NCBI GenBank assembly: GCA_051294375.1 | Contig: CM119268.1 | Span: 15,687,103-15,751,102, forward strand | Direction: 5' to 3' | Origin: Paraspadella gotoi | Lineage: Eukaryota; Animalia; Chaetognatha | DNA: 64,000 nt | Shown: positions 38,439-50,728 of the stretch, piece after piece | How positions within the stretch are numbered: position 1 is the stretch's first letter | How the letters are laid out: every line of letters starts with the position of its first letter | The notes under the pieces: generated by a model | What the model saw: the letters and a program-made list of their open reading frames with translations, nothing else | What the model was told of the DNA's origin: nothing | The model's database searches: none | Translations under genes and position numbers: made by a program

Positions 38439-41058
38439 ATGGCGGAGCAAATGGAGAAATGCGTTTTGAAGTACGATCACTTTGAGAACATCCACCGCCT
38501 ACCGCCAACGGCCATCGCCTTCCCGGGCGCGCCCAATTTCCGGAAAGTCCCGGGATTCATGGTCTTTGGGACGGGTGAGCTCGGATGAGTTGTTTCGAAA
38601 TGAACGGACTGGTGAACATTTTGACTTTTACATAAATAGAATATTGATTCGCGTTCACTTGAATAAATGCTGATAAAGACAAAATAGCATATTGCAATGA
38701 CATTCTCTCACGAAAGGATCGGTTCACCGATATGTGAATTTATCATCGACCTTAACAATTTAAGAATCAAATATTATGTCATAGAATTATAATTTTTTAA
38801 GTATTTTTGACAGTTTTGTCGCATTGTGTCATATATCCGCAGGCCAGCCAACTCTTCCCGCCTTCGAACTTGTCTTGGATCATCTCTTTAAAAAAGAGGG
38901 CGCCAAAAAAGTCAAATGGGTCTCTATGCGACAGGTGATTAGTTTTAGTGAACCTACCTAGTAATGCCTCTCAAACAAACGCGTCGACGCTAATTCACAC
39001 AGGAACCCGTGGTTTACGTGAATGGTGAGAGCTTCACGCCGCGTGAGGCGACGAGAATGAATGAAAACATGGAATTTCCGGGAATCACGGGACCGGAAGT
39101 CAACGCCTTGCAGGTGGACAGTTAAATCTCTAAATCAATCAAAAAATCATGTCATTAAAAACATCACCCCAATCATACTTTTAATAAGATAAACAACATT
39201 AAAAATGTAATCATGAAATGATAAAAAAAGTAATTCTAATTTAATATTTAGGATTTTAAATCCCAATGAATATCCTCAGGACGCCTTCGTTGCGGTGATT
39301 CGAAAGCGATCCGAGGCCGAAGGAGGGAAAGTTCACTATTTCCGTGACACCTACGCCGAACATCCCGCCGACAGGAAGAACATCGAGTGAGCCAGAAATG
39401 GGGGAAGGCTGGGGAAGGGGGGGGGTCAAACTATAGGAACACAAATTAGGGCCGTGGGGGAACAGAAGGGAAAGAGCATGAGATAACTTTGAAAATTATT
39501 AAAAATTTTATTTTAGGAGATTTAGCATATGGCTGGCTGTTCAAAACGAATTCACGTTAAATTTTAAATAAAATTGGCGATGAAATTTACAGCTCTGACA
39601 TCACACCAACGACTTACTTGACACCAACGTTTCCCTCAGATACGAAGTTCCGCTAGAGGGCGAGAGGGCGTTGGATACAATCGCTGGAATATACCAACAA
39701 CTCAGGGAAAAGGGTTTCGTGGTTCAGGTTAGAAACTAGATGGCTCCGCTAATAAATATATATCACTTTTAAGGATTAAAAGAGAATTGTTATCGCTATT
39801 TTTAAAAGTCAAATCGTCTGGTATTTTTGGTTTATCATCTTTCAAGAGCAAAATTTTTTTCAATTTAAATTAAAGAAAGGTAGAATTAAATGAATGTTTT
39901 AATAAAATTCAGCTAAAGGGTTATAAAATGAAAAAAATACCTAGAGGGTAGAAAATTTCAATAATATAGTCGAGAGTACGAGGAAAAAAGGTGCAAATCA
40001 CAGTTAACAATAATAAAATTAAATAAATATCATATAAATTTAGGACGCTCGCCTCCCCATAGTGGATGAAAAGGCTCCGGCGGAACGCGATTTCGATTCG
40101 CTCGTGGCTTTCCTGAAGGATGATGAAAAAGATACGGCTTGCGTCTACAACTGTCAAATGGGAAAAGGTTAGTTCGTTTTTATCAAGTATGAATATAAAA
40201 TCTTATATTATCTTATCTTATCTTATATATAATTGGCGCTTACCTTTAGGCAGAACGACGACAGGAATGATTCTCTCTTGTCTCTTTAAATTCGTGGTCC
40301 ACGGAGTTGGATGCGGGGATCCCAAGCCGAACGCCGATGGAGAATTTCAGGTCAATTGGTTGTTATTGTTGTTATCGACGTTTTAGTTTGTTTTCTGTTT
40401 CTATAAAACTTTTAGAAGATTTAGATATACATTTTTTTTAGCTAAAACTACTTCAACATAAGTAGAATATAATAATTTTATAATGTACTCTTAATTAAAT
40501 CAGGTGGTTAATGATTTGTTTGAAATTCTTCCCGGATCGAAAGACGCGAAAGTCGTCCTCGACCACATCATCGATTTGTGTGGGACAGAGCCAAAGGTAA
40601 GTAACCGTTACAGAATTACATTTCTTTGTGATAACCAATTAATTCATTTATTAACAGGGAACCGGCCTGCAAAACCTCCGCGACTGCATTTTGTGGACGA
40701 AGGAGAAATACGACGCGGAACCCGAGGCTAAAAAAGCTTTTTGGAAACACATGGGAAAAAATTTTATCGAAAGGTAGTCATAGTAAATAGTACTTACATT
40801 TAAAGGATTATTACGAAATTTTATTTAAAAATTTCGCTAAGATGGCTTTTCAAAAAGAAAACAAATTACGTAGATGGGTGTATTGCTGTTTGCTTCTTTT
40901 CCCCCTTCCTTAGATACTTTTACCTGATCTGTTTCGCTACTTACGCCATGGAGGCGGCCAAGGAGAAATTCTCGAAAACTTTCGTCGCTTTTATGGAGGA
41001 GAGAAAAGAGTTGAGATCACTGATCGCTAAGGCAATGGACGGTTTCGAATGGGCTTGA
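38439..41058 (+). CDS. Paladin-like (PTP-like phytase family) phosphatase, single module, ~370 aa, 10 exons
   Basis: LKYDHF, GAPNFRKV, VFGTGQPT, SMRQEPVVYVNG, RLPIVDEKAP, YNCQMGKGRTTTGM (CX5R P-loop), LDHIIDLC, LQNLRDCI, FIERYFYLICF; nine in-phase GT-AG introns. Confidence 0.9.
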
Positions 41059-41695
41059 GATAATAATAACAACAACAACGACAAATCCATCCCTCATCTT
41101 CGATTGAATCGAGCTTTCAAAGCTGACGGAATTTCCTTTCGTTTTCCCCAATGCTTGATCTATTTATAGAAAATTGATTCTTTTACTGTTTTTTTTCCAG
41201 TTGTGCAATCTGAAAAAACAATTTGAGGAATAAATTTTTGCTATTTTGAAACTTGAATCTAAATTTTTTAAAGATTTTATGGATTTAGTTAGATTAGCTG
41301 GTCTGTCTTCTCATTATGCTTGTTATTGTAGAAGGATATAATAACTTAATAAGCGAGCGAAACAAAAGTTCTGAATAGACGTCCCTTAAATTAATCGGCA
41401 TAATTGACGTTGAAATATTGTTTCGGCCAGTTTTCCTAAATTTATTCTTCCATACAAGGCCGACCTTTTTGTCTTTATCAAACACGATCTCGAATGAATG
41501 AATAGATGCTAATATATGAAATTGGTAAAAAAAAATATGAAAATTATGTATATTAATTTATTTGAAAAAAAATTATGAATTGTTCCAATGTACCTAATTG
41601 ATACTATATTCAATTATATAATACTACCTCAACAACCAAGTTATGGAACTTGTATTTCTCGCTTCTTGTTAACGATCATACTATACCATATATAT

Positions 41696-41785
41696 ATGAA
41701 ATTGGTACAACCAATATAAAAATTATCCATTCATTTAATAAATAAGCTATCTTGCCCCTGACTTTGGACAGGCTTTGGTGGTTTA
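41696..41785 (+). repeat. Short copy of the terminal direct repeat of the ~320-bp family
   Basis: TATGAAATTGGTACAACCAATATAAAAATTATCCATTCATTTAATAAATAAGCTATCTTGCCCCTGACTT, essentially identical to 49946-50015. Confidence 0.9.
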
Positions 41786-41821
41786 CAATACATATATACT
41801 TTAGAGAGAGACATATTATTA

Positions 41822-44800
41822 TTAGTGATAAAAAGCGATCGGTTCAAGATGAAAGCCCGAAACATCTTCCTCTCCCAAAGACTTTGATTTCTCCCAAGCT
41901 TTTTTGAACTTGTCCCTGTTGCCAATGACGGTCGAGCGTCTGTAATTGTAGACCGAATCCGCCTCGTCCTCTCCCCACGAGTCCACGGCCTTCTCCAACA
42001 GGTCTTCAGTTTTTTCGTACATCTTCATGTTGTACTGAAGGAATCGAGAGGAACCGGGCTATAACTTATAATCCGAAATTTTAACTATAAAGTATTAATT
42101 AAAAACGAAAGTTAATAAAAAGTTAATAAAAACTTTATTGTTGTTCCACGAAAATTTTCGTTTTTAATTAATCTCAACAAACAACAAAAGAAAGGATTAA
42201 TACAAACTATAAAGTAATTAAATTTTTATAGGTATAATTATATATAAATAATAATTCGTCAGAAACATTTATATAAGTATGAAATTGTGATTTTACACAA
42301 TTATTTATGCGTCATGTCTCACTTGACATATGGCGATGTTGTTTAAGACATCGTGAATGTCCGGGTGGCTGGCCTCTTCTCCGTGGACGCTCTTGAGTAT
42401 CTCTAAGCTCTTCTCGAAGTGCTTCAAGGCCGTATGCGACTCGCACTGCTTTAAGGCGCAGATCCCGACGCCGTTGCGGGCGGCGGCGGTGATGGGGGAA
42501 GAGAATCCTACGAGGCCGTCTAAACGGCCGTCTGAGAAATAGATAGTTAAATCTTAAATAATTAAATGAATAAATAAAAAGATTCAAACAATCAATCAAA
42601 TCATGCAAGCCAATCAATTAGTTAATAAATCAATCGTGACACCAATCAATCAATCACTCTTTTTTTCATCAAATAGTCACCCGCCCTATCCATGCGACTG
42701 ATCGACTGCCGAAAGACTGCGTTGGCCTTAAGCACGTCCCCAGTCTTCAAACAGGCCGTCCCGATGAGATTGTACATTCTGGCGATCTCGTAGTGAGGCG
42801 CGTCTTTCCTGGTCCGCAGCGCGTCTTGAAAGCTCCTCTGGCTCCCGGCGAAATCATCCTCTAAGAACTGAATGAGACCGCGGACTTCGTTCTGCGAAGA
42901 AATGGTGGCGCTGGGATCGGGTATGCTGGCCAGCTGTATGGCACTGACTTGCCTCTTGAGACCCGCCTTGTTTTTGGTGACGAGCAATAACTCGCTCTCC
43001 TCCAAACTCTCGTCCTCTTCCGCCTCCTCCAGCAGCTTCAGTGAAGCGGTGAATTTGCCCTTGAGTCGACAGCACTCGGCCAACTTGAGCAGAATTCGTT
43101 TGCGGAAGAACAGGCTCTCTTCCTCGTCGATGATCGCCTTGGCGTCGCGAAGGTACTTTTCGTTATCGTCCTCTCCCTTCCTACCCAGGTACATGCAGGT
43201 CTCGCCCAACTCGACGAGGCATTGGACCAGCTCGTGCCGCTTCCGCTCGGCGCCGTGGAGTCGGATGTCGGCGAGGGCCCGCCGGTGACAGATTCGCGCC
43301 TCGCACAGTCGGCCCACGTTGCGGTACATGGTTCCCAGGGATCGATACATCTTCGACTCGAGCAGATAGTTCCGCTCCCCGAAGTATTCAACGTCCCGCT
43401 GTGCCTCGAACAGCTCGAGAATCTGCAGGGCGGCCTCCAGAGTCTCCACGGACGATTTGGAGTTAGGCTCGAGCACGTGAAGACGCTGAGAGACGGCGAA
43501 GGCGAGCGGCATGAGCGCCTTGTAAATGTCGTTGTTTCCTTGAATGTTTTCTGGTTTGAGGAATTTCGTCATCGCACGTCGCTTTTTGACGTTGGAGAAA
43601 AAAGGGACGAGTTGAGTGATGGCGTGGCTGAGGATGAGGAGGACGCCGTCGTCGCCGTCGCCCTCTCGACCGCCGACGACGTAATCGTCCGTCTCCGACA
43701 ACATCAGCTCCACATCCTCTGCATCGTCCATCTTGTGCTTCCTCAACGCCTCCGTCTCGGGACTGATCCGTCGAATGTGATGCACCCCGGGATGACCTTC
43801 TTTGAAGTTCTTGCAATTCTCGAAGATCGTGGCGCCGTGGGTGAGATTGTCCGGAAAATATTGGAGCCACTGGAGGACCTGCTTGGTGCCGTCGGGATCG
43901 ATGGGCTTCGGCTTGGTCGCCGGCGGGGCCAGAGAGAGCACAACGATGTTGATGTCACGGCCCATGATCTCTTGGGTGGCCTGAAGAGCTTGGGCCAAGG
44001 GGCAGTTGGCTCCGATTCCGCCGTCCACGTAACATTTGCCCTCGATGACCCTGGGACATTCGAAATAGATGGGGGCGTCGGAAGTGGCCAGCAAGACGTC
44101 GACTACCGGGACCTCCATATGTTCCACCGAGAGATTGCTGAAGAGGACGGAAGCGTCGGGTGTGCCAGCCTCGTCCGGCATCTGCTTGGCAACGCAGCCG
44201 ACGACGCACTCCGTATCGACGTCGCGCAGCCTCAGGTCGCCATAGTAACTGAGCAGAACTTCCTTCAGCGGATCCTGCGAGTAAAACTTCATCATGGAAG
44301 GAGCGATGAGAGCCAAAGCCTTCTCGTCAAAGTCGAAGAATCCGTAGGCTTTTTTGCTGAAGATGTGAGCAGAGATGTTTTTGTACATCTCGATGACCTG
44401 GTCGACCGACATGGGCACGACGGCGCCGGCGTCGGCGGGCGCGTCTGGCAAAGCCTCTTTCATGACGCCCCCGAGGGCGAAGGCGATGAGACCGCCGGTG
44501 CTCGTCCCGACGATCATGTCGAAGAGGATGGCCGGTTGGATCGGGTTGTCAACCTAAGAAAGAGAGGAAAGAAAAATAACATTTCTTAACATAGTATCAT
44601 AATATTTTCAAGAATCGATGAAGTTTTTTCTCGATTTTGAAAAATTCTGAACCACAAATGTTAGTTAATTAGTATGTTTTAGTTTACTATTTACGCCCTT
44701 TCCAGACCTCATCCAGAATTTTAAGGAACTTCTGTCGATCATCTTGATACAATTTGAGGGAGAATTCGTCGTCGTCGTCGTCGTAAAAGTTACGAAGTTC

Positions 44801-45714
44801 ATGAGGCCTCGTCAAGATCTTCGACGTTGTCTTTAAAATCAGATCCAACGTGCGTGTCTCGATGATGCCCTGAAAAAGCCAAAAAAGAAAATTACGATGG
44901 TTATTGGTTTATGAAAAAAATCAAAGCTATTTTAAAATGTGAAAAGAACATTTAAGTAAGAAAAGAACAAGTTTGAGCAAACAATGTCGGATCTGCCCAC
45001 GATCATTATCGGTAATTAATTAATAATTAATTAATTCAAGTTAATTATTTAATTAATTAATAATTAATTTATTCAAGTTAATTATTTCGGCTATTTGATC
45101 CGAAATGTTTGTTTTGATTGATTAATTGACTGATTAATTAATTATTGATTAATTAATTGACTAATTGATTAATTAACTGATTAATTATTTGATTAATTAA
45201 TACATCTTGCATTTAAATTCAAAATAAAAAGAAAAAGAAGCATAATCAATTAGTGAAACAGGTTCTTTGTTTTTCCAATTAAACTCATTTCCACTCAAAC
45301 GATTCCATCGAAACTTTATTTCCAGTTTAATCACGCACTTTTCTACCCAAATACAAAATTTCAAGTCAATCGCCCCTTCCACTCATAAGTAATTGGTGTT
45401 CAATTAGTGAAATATATTTTTTTGTTTTTTCCATTTAAACTCATTTCCACTCGGACACACACAAAATTTCATTCCAATCCATCCAACCAATAACGAGTAA
45501 TTGGTGTTTTTTGCTAAGGTGAAACGGACGGACGGACGGACGGACGGACGGACGGACTAAACAATAGGAAAATGAAAGACCAGATAATTCGCCTGAATAA
45601 AATTCCAACCTTGACGCCTCCTCCATCTAGTGAGAGGATGTTGACCGTCTTTTTGTGCATTTTAGGCAAAAAGACAGAAGTTTCGTCCGAAGGTGCTTCA
45701 GCATCGCCCTCCAT
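41822..45714 (-). CDS. Patatin-like phospholipase fused to a C-terminal TPR array, ~850 aa, 5 exons
   Basis: ILSLDGGGVK|GII (Gly-rich loop), FDMIVGTSTGG (nucleophile), ATSDAPIYF, YVDGG (catalytic Asp), then TPR-like helices (YRSLGTMYRNVGRLCEARICHRRAL; IARMYNLIGTACLKTGD; HFEKSLEILKSVHGEEASHPDIHDVLNNIA). Confidence 0.88.
44966..45600 (+). mobile_element. HINE/DINE-1-like element filling intron 1 of the patatin-TPR gene
   Basis: AACAAG start in an A-rich site, internal (TAAT)n block, ~150-bp tandem duplication (45250-45510) and (GACG)n microsatellite near the end. Confidence 0.45.
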
Positions 45715-46759
45715 GGTCCCGAGGGCGTGGTACGGAGCGCTAATTATCTAGTATTAAATATTATAACTTATATAACTTTAAAAAAAGGATTAATGACCGA
45801 AGACATTTACACAATCATGAAAAAAAATCGGGATCAAACCCAGGAACGAAATCCGAACTTTCGTTTCCTCTTCCCCTTAATTTAAACTTTTCCTTTTTTT
45901 TTTCACCAACCTTCCGCAATTGACCCCCCTCACGCCCCCCTTCGGCTAACTTCTCACCTGAGAATAAAAAATCCGATAAAGTTTGAGACAAAAATTAAAT
46001 TGATTTGTTGGAATAAAAAGTGGAGCGCGCACCGAGTTATTCGGAGATATCTAGTCTCCGTGAACCCCTGCATTGCCCGCCGCGACTGCTACATTGGCCG
46101 ATGGCGATAAATGGGGGCGACGTCAAGTTGTATCATTTATGCTGGCGATTAAAAAAACCCGGGGCTGAGTAATTTGGTTAATTTTAGCTAGGCCCGACGG
46201 GTTGCTGAGTACATATTTTATCTATTAACTCCGTCCAGAGAGAGTGACGGCAGTGGCGATTCACCGAGATTTATATAATTAGAGTAATGTAATGAAATGA
46301 ATGAGGACGGTAATCAATTACTAGGTACGTCAGTTTTACCTTTTCCTCGGGTTACTGTTCAAACCATTTTTGATAGATCCTATTAGATTAGTAGTTGATT
46401 TATGATGACCCAAAGTTAATTCTGATGACTGATTTTCCTTTCCAACTTGATTCAAACTTTTACTTTATTAACATAAATCATCCAAACAAAAACATAATGA
46501 TTACGTCGAAACGCGCGCCGGTTGTAAAGCACGCGGCATCGAAGCGGCGTTGCGGTGAGCGCCGGTTGGGAGACCTCGCCTGGATTGGGTTAGGGACCGG
46601 CGATGAGTCAGACGAAAGAATCACCAAATACTGAATCACCAAAGAGTGAAAAACTAAAAAAAAATTGTTTTACTATTTTTATTTTTAGCGCTTTAATGAA
46701 CGAATGAAAACAAAAACGATAAACAAATCGAGATGCCGATTGGTTTAATTGGAAACAAA

Positions 46760-47838
46760 ATGAAGTCTTCCACGGACAACGAAGTTGACGAAGATGATCT
46801 CGAATCAAGGTGGTGATATAGCAGGGCGGTATATCTATATAAAAAATGGTTAATTATTCATAACATCGGTTCAGTGGAGAATGAACATAAGACTTACTTA
46901 GTGATTTGAAGGCTACTAGGCTGACTTCTTAGAGATAGGAATTAGCTAGATGAATAGGCTTGCAATGTATTTAAAGTATAAACCTGAGAAAGGATAGCAA
47001 TTGCATGTTATTAACCTAATGGCTACTAAACCCAAGTGTTAAGCGAGAGAGGGCATAGTTATTCAAATTGACCCTTGTAATCCTAGATGGCTAAAGGATA
47101 ATTCTTACTATGTAAATGCAGAAAAGTCAGCTGGAATCACAAGAATAATTAAAAGTATAACTAAGTAATTATAATAATTGAATCATTAATTATTTAGCTA
47201 TCAATTGAACCATAAACAAAAATGATCATTTTCCATTGTAAAATATCAATATTAAACCTTCAGGGCAATAGAATGAAAATTTACGTAAATGAGATTGACG
47301 AACTCAATCTCATTTGAAATAGTTCACAAATTAATCTGCTACAGTGGTTTTTTTTCTTTTATTGTTTTATTTTATCTTATTATTTTTACAAAAAGTTTCA
47401 TCTTTAGTGTGCCGCGGATAGAAAAAAAAACATAAGCTACGTTCTGTTGTGGTTTAATAAATAATGAAGAAAATTGAAGAAATGATACGCAACAACTTAA
47501 TCCGCATTTCCAACAGTCTGCTTCCACTAATGGAGCCATGGGAAGACCCCAACGCCGTCGACGAGCGATTCGAGGATCGAACCAACTTCCTCTTCTTCGA
47601 GGATCTTAACGACTGCAACCAGACTTCGACGTCGCCACGGATCAAAGTCTCCACCAATACCCGGTCCTCGGCGGAAGTTCGGCTGCGCATCTTTGTGGTC
47701 GCGATGGCATTTTTGGCGGCATTCTTGGCGGTGGCCGCCCTCCTTGCCTTGGCGATAGTCCTCTTCCAGTGCTTTTGTCCCGATGCCGAGATCGAATCGG
47801 CTTTCCGGTGCCGGAAACCGGAAGAAATCAGCTTTTAA
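46760..47838 (+). CDS. Small single-pass membrane protein (2 exons), or the 5' part of the downstream SID-1 gene
   Basis: Exon 46760-46809 (MKSSTDNEVDEDDLES) splices in phase 2 to 47517 (SLLPLMEPWEDP...RIFVVAMAFLAAFLAVAALLALAIVLFQCFCP...). Confidence 0.5.
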
Positions 47839-49362
47839 GTTGTTTGTTAGGGGGGTTGGGGAAAAAGATGGCAAATGTGATTTTGTGAAAGTTTTCCGAC
47901 TTTAATTCGAATTTTGTGCAGATTGTTGGGTCGGTTCCGAACGAATCGAGTTTGGTTCATCTTAAATTTAACCTAACTTAAAAGTCACATGAACGTGAGC
48001 CGATGCATAACAATTTGAGGCCAGAATCTTAAAAACAACATTGAATGGTGCCGACAGTTTTGCCTTAGTCAACGATAGACGTTCATTATTAACTGTTACA
48101 TTAATTGTTTTTTGTACCTTTTTAATAAGGTTTTGCGGGTCGATAACAACCAATTTTATGGCGCTTTTATTTTTGAAAAGTGATGTCGAACATACCTTAA
48201 TTTACCTTAAGTATTACGCCTTGTTTGGAAAATACGAGTGTATGTATAGTGAATTTTAACTGAATACGAAATTTTTCCTATTGTGTCTTTTAATCACATT
48301 TTAAAGTAATTATCATAGTTGCTATGATACAATTGTATATGCTTACAGACATAGTGATTATCTATGGGTATGTCAGGTAGTAGAAAAATCGAGAAAAGGG
48401 TTTCGTATCAAATTTAAAAAAAATATTTTACTATCTAGTAGTTTTGCATACTAACTAAGGACCCATATCACAGCGCTGTCTTAGAATTAACATGCCTAAA
48501 ATTGTTAAAAATACAAGTTATGCTTTTAAAGTTTTGTGTTTTTGTCATAACAAAAAATAAAAACTGTAAACAACAAACAAACTGCATTGTATTTGTAAGA
48601 TGATAGTTATTCTGTCAATCCGAAAACAATGCATGACAATAAATAGAGAAACGTCAGGAATGCCGCAAATGCCTACAACAATTAGTATGATGCTCGTACC
48701 GATGAATTATAGATAAGTGAGAGATACACGATCGAGATCGACTAAAAGAAAATAAAAATAGTTAATGGCAAGGTGAATATGACACAATAGAAATTAAAAA
48801 AAAATAATTAAAATCTACCAAAAAAAATTATTAAAAAATCATGAAAATAACTGGGAGTGCGAGTTACACAAACGCAAAGAGAGACCGGGTCAGAGTTACA
48901 TGCGGGTAATTGCGGGTCCTTGACTTGAAGAGGAGATAGGAGAATAATGTTTGATTTGTTGTCAAAATATTATCACGAGAAGAGCCCCAGTTCCATTAAC
49001 ACAATATAACAAAAAAAAAAAACAAAAACAAAAAAAAAACACCAACAGGAGACTTGTTTTTTTTTGTTTTTTTTTTTGCTTGCGTAACTAAGCGTCGCAC
49101 GTGAAATTTATGAAAAACGATCGAAAGAAAAACAAATTTTGACACACTGTGGACGAACAACTGTAACACGCAACCTCGGTCAAACCGGTTGACCTTACTT
49201 CAACCTTACCCTCAATTGTTTTTTGGTGTTTTTTTTGTGTTTCGTTTTGTTTTCACAGGCTCTCCACGTGTGCATGCAACAAGTTTCAGAGTAAGAATAA
49301 TTTTATTCTTCAAGAAGGGTATAACAATAACAATCAAAAAGCTGAGAATGCTAAGTCTATAG

Positions 49363-50348
49363 TAAGGCGTAGTAAAATTTCTAAATTTAACTTTAATTAA
49401 AATTCTAAAAGTGAGAATGAACAACATTATACTAATGAACATTTATATAATAAAAGATTTATATAAATTTTATATTTACACGTAGGCCATATTATACTGG
49501 TACTAACAAATAAATATTATAATTTCAAAAACAGTTTTTTGTAATATTTTTTTTGCAGATTTGGATTCATCATAAAAAGTTGATAAAAAAAAAATATAAC
49601 TCTTTTTGAAAAATTTTTTTCATTAAGTGGGTCAAAAATTAGAAAAAGCTATATTTTAAGCTGAAAATTTAACTTTTATATATTAAATATATAGTTTAAT
49701 TTTTAACCCACTTAATGAAAGAATTTTTAAAAATGATTTATATTTTCTTTTATGAACTTTTGACGAGAAATTCAAATCTGCATCAAAATTAAGAAAAGCT
49801 TATTTGAAATTTTTTGATTTTATAAGGATAGTACTATATATAAATATAATATAGTTACTGCGAAAATTAAAACATAAAATTAATTTTTTTATAAATTAAT
49901 ATTTACTGATGGTATGTTGTTCATAATTAACTTTTAGAATTTTCGTATGAAATTGGTACAACCAATATAAAAATTATCCATTCATTTAATAAATAAGCTA
50001 TCTTGCCCCTGACTTGGACAGGCTTTTTGGTGGTTTAAGGCCTCCACACTCTTCACAAGATAATGACATAGCAGGTCCCTGCAGAAGCTTTCAATCAAGA
50101 CTTTCTCACAGTCTCGTTTATTCACTCCCAGAGTACCTGGCTTCCCTATCAATGAAGTCGAAAATAGTTCAAAGAATGTTTCAATTTGTATGAAAAGACC
50201 ACTCCCTAGATCTAGGGAATACTTATTGTACTCCGCACTAGCATCAAATACAAGGAGCTGAATTTTAGAATTGGTACAACCAATATAAAAATTATCCATT
50301 CATTTAATAAATAAGCGATTATCTTGCCCCTGACTTTCACTACGCCTA
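49363..50348. mobile_element. hAT-type MITE with an internal palindrome
   Basis: 8-bp TSD GTCTATAG (49355-49362, 50349-50356); short TIRs TAAGGCGTAGTAAAA / TTTCACTACGCCTA; imperfect internal palindrome ~49395-49945. Confidence 0.7.
49946..50337 (+). repeat. ~320-bp unit bounded by ~65-bp direct repeats
   Basis: AATTGGTACAACCAATATAAAAATTATCCATTCATTTAATAAATAAGC...ATCTTGCCCCTGACTT at ~49951 and ~50269. Confidence 0.85.
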
Positions 50349-50728
50349 GTCTATAGCAAGGATATTTACAAAGGTCAATGTTTGACCATAAAGAGAAGAG
50401 CAAAACAATTGAGGCGTAAGGTTTGAGTAAGTGCGTAAGCGTCAACTGGTTTGACCGAGGTATGAGTGTTACAGTTGTTCGTCCACAACACCCCAATCGT
50501 CGTATGCAGTTTTTAACCTCGACCTAAGTTCAATCTTGTGAAATGAACTTCAAAAAAATAATCAATTTAACATTACTTGCCGTGCTCACTGTCACTCAAT
50601 CCTGCGTTATCACAAAAAAAGAAGGACGTGCGTGAGCTAATAGATGTAGTTTCTTGAATTATTACTGAATATTCATCTATAGCTAATACATAATTCGCTA
50701 TGTTTATATTTATGTTTATTTAATATTT

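Larger units (their letters stand above)
49148..50487. mobile_element. Outer inverted-repeat element hosting nested insertions
   Basis: TGTGGACGAACAACTGTAACAC...ACCTCGGTCAAACC.GTTGAC...CCTCAATTGTTTT mirrored at 50402-50487. Confidence 0.75.

Noticed and set aside
43222-44589. 455-aa plus-strand ORF
   Set aside because: Antisense shadow of the GC-rich patatin-TPR exon; no recognisable motifs.
49982-50299. 105-aa ORF in the direct-repeat unit
   Set aside because: The copy at 3863-4135 has indels that break the frame, and no domain is recognisable.
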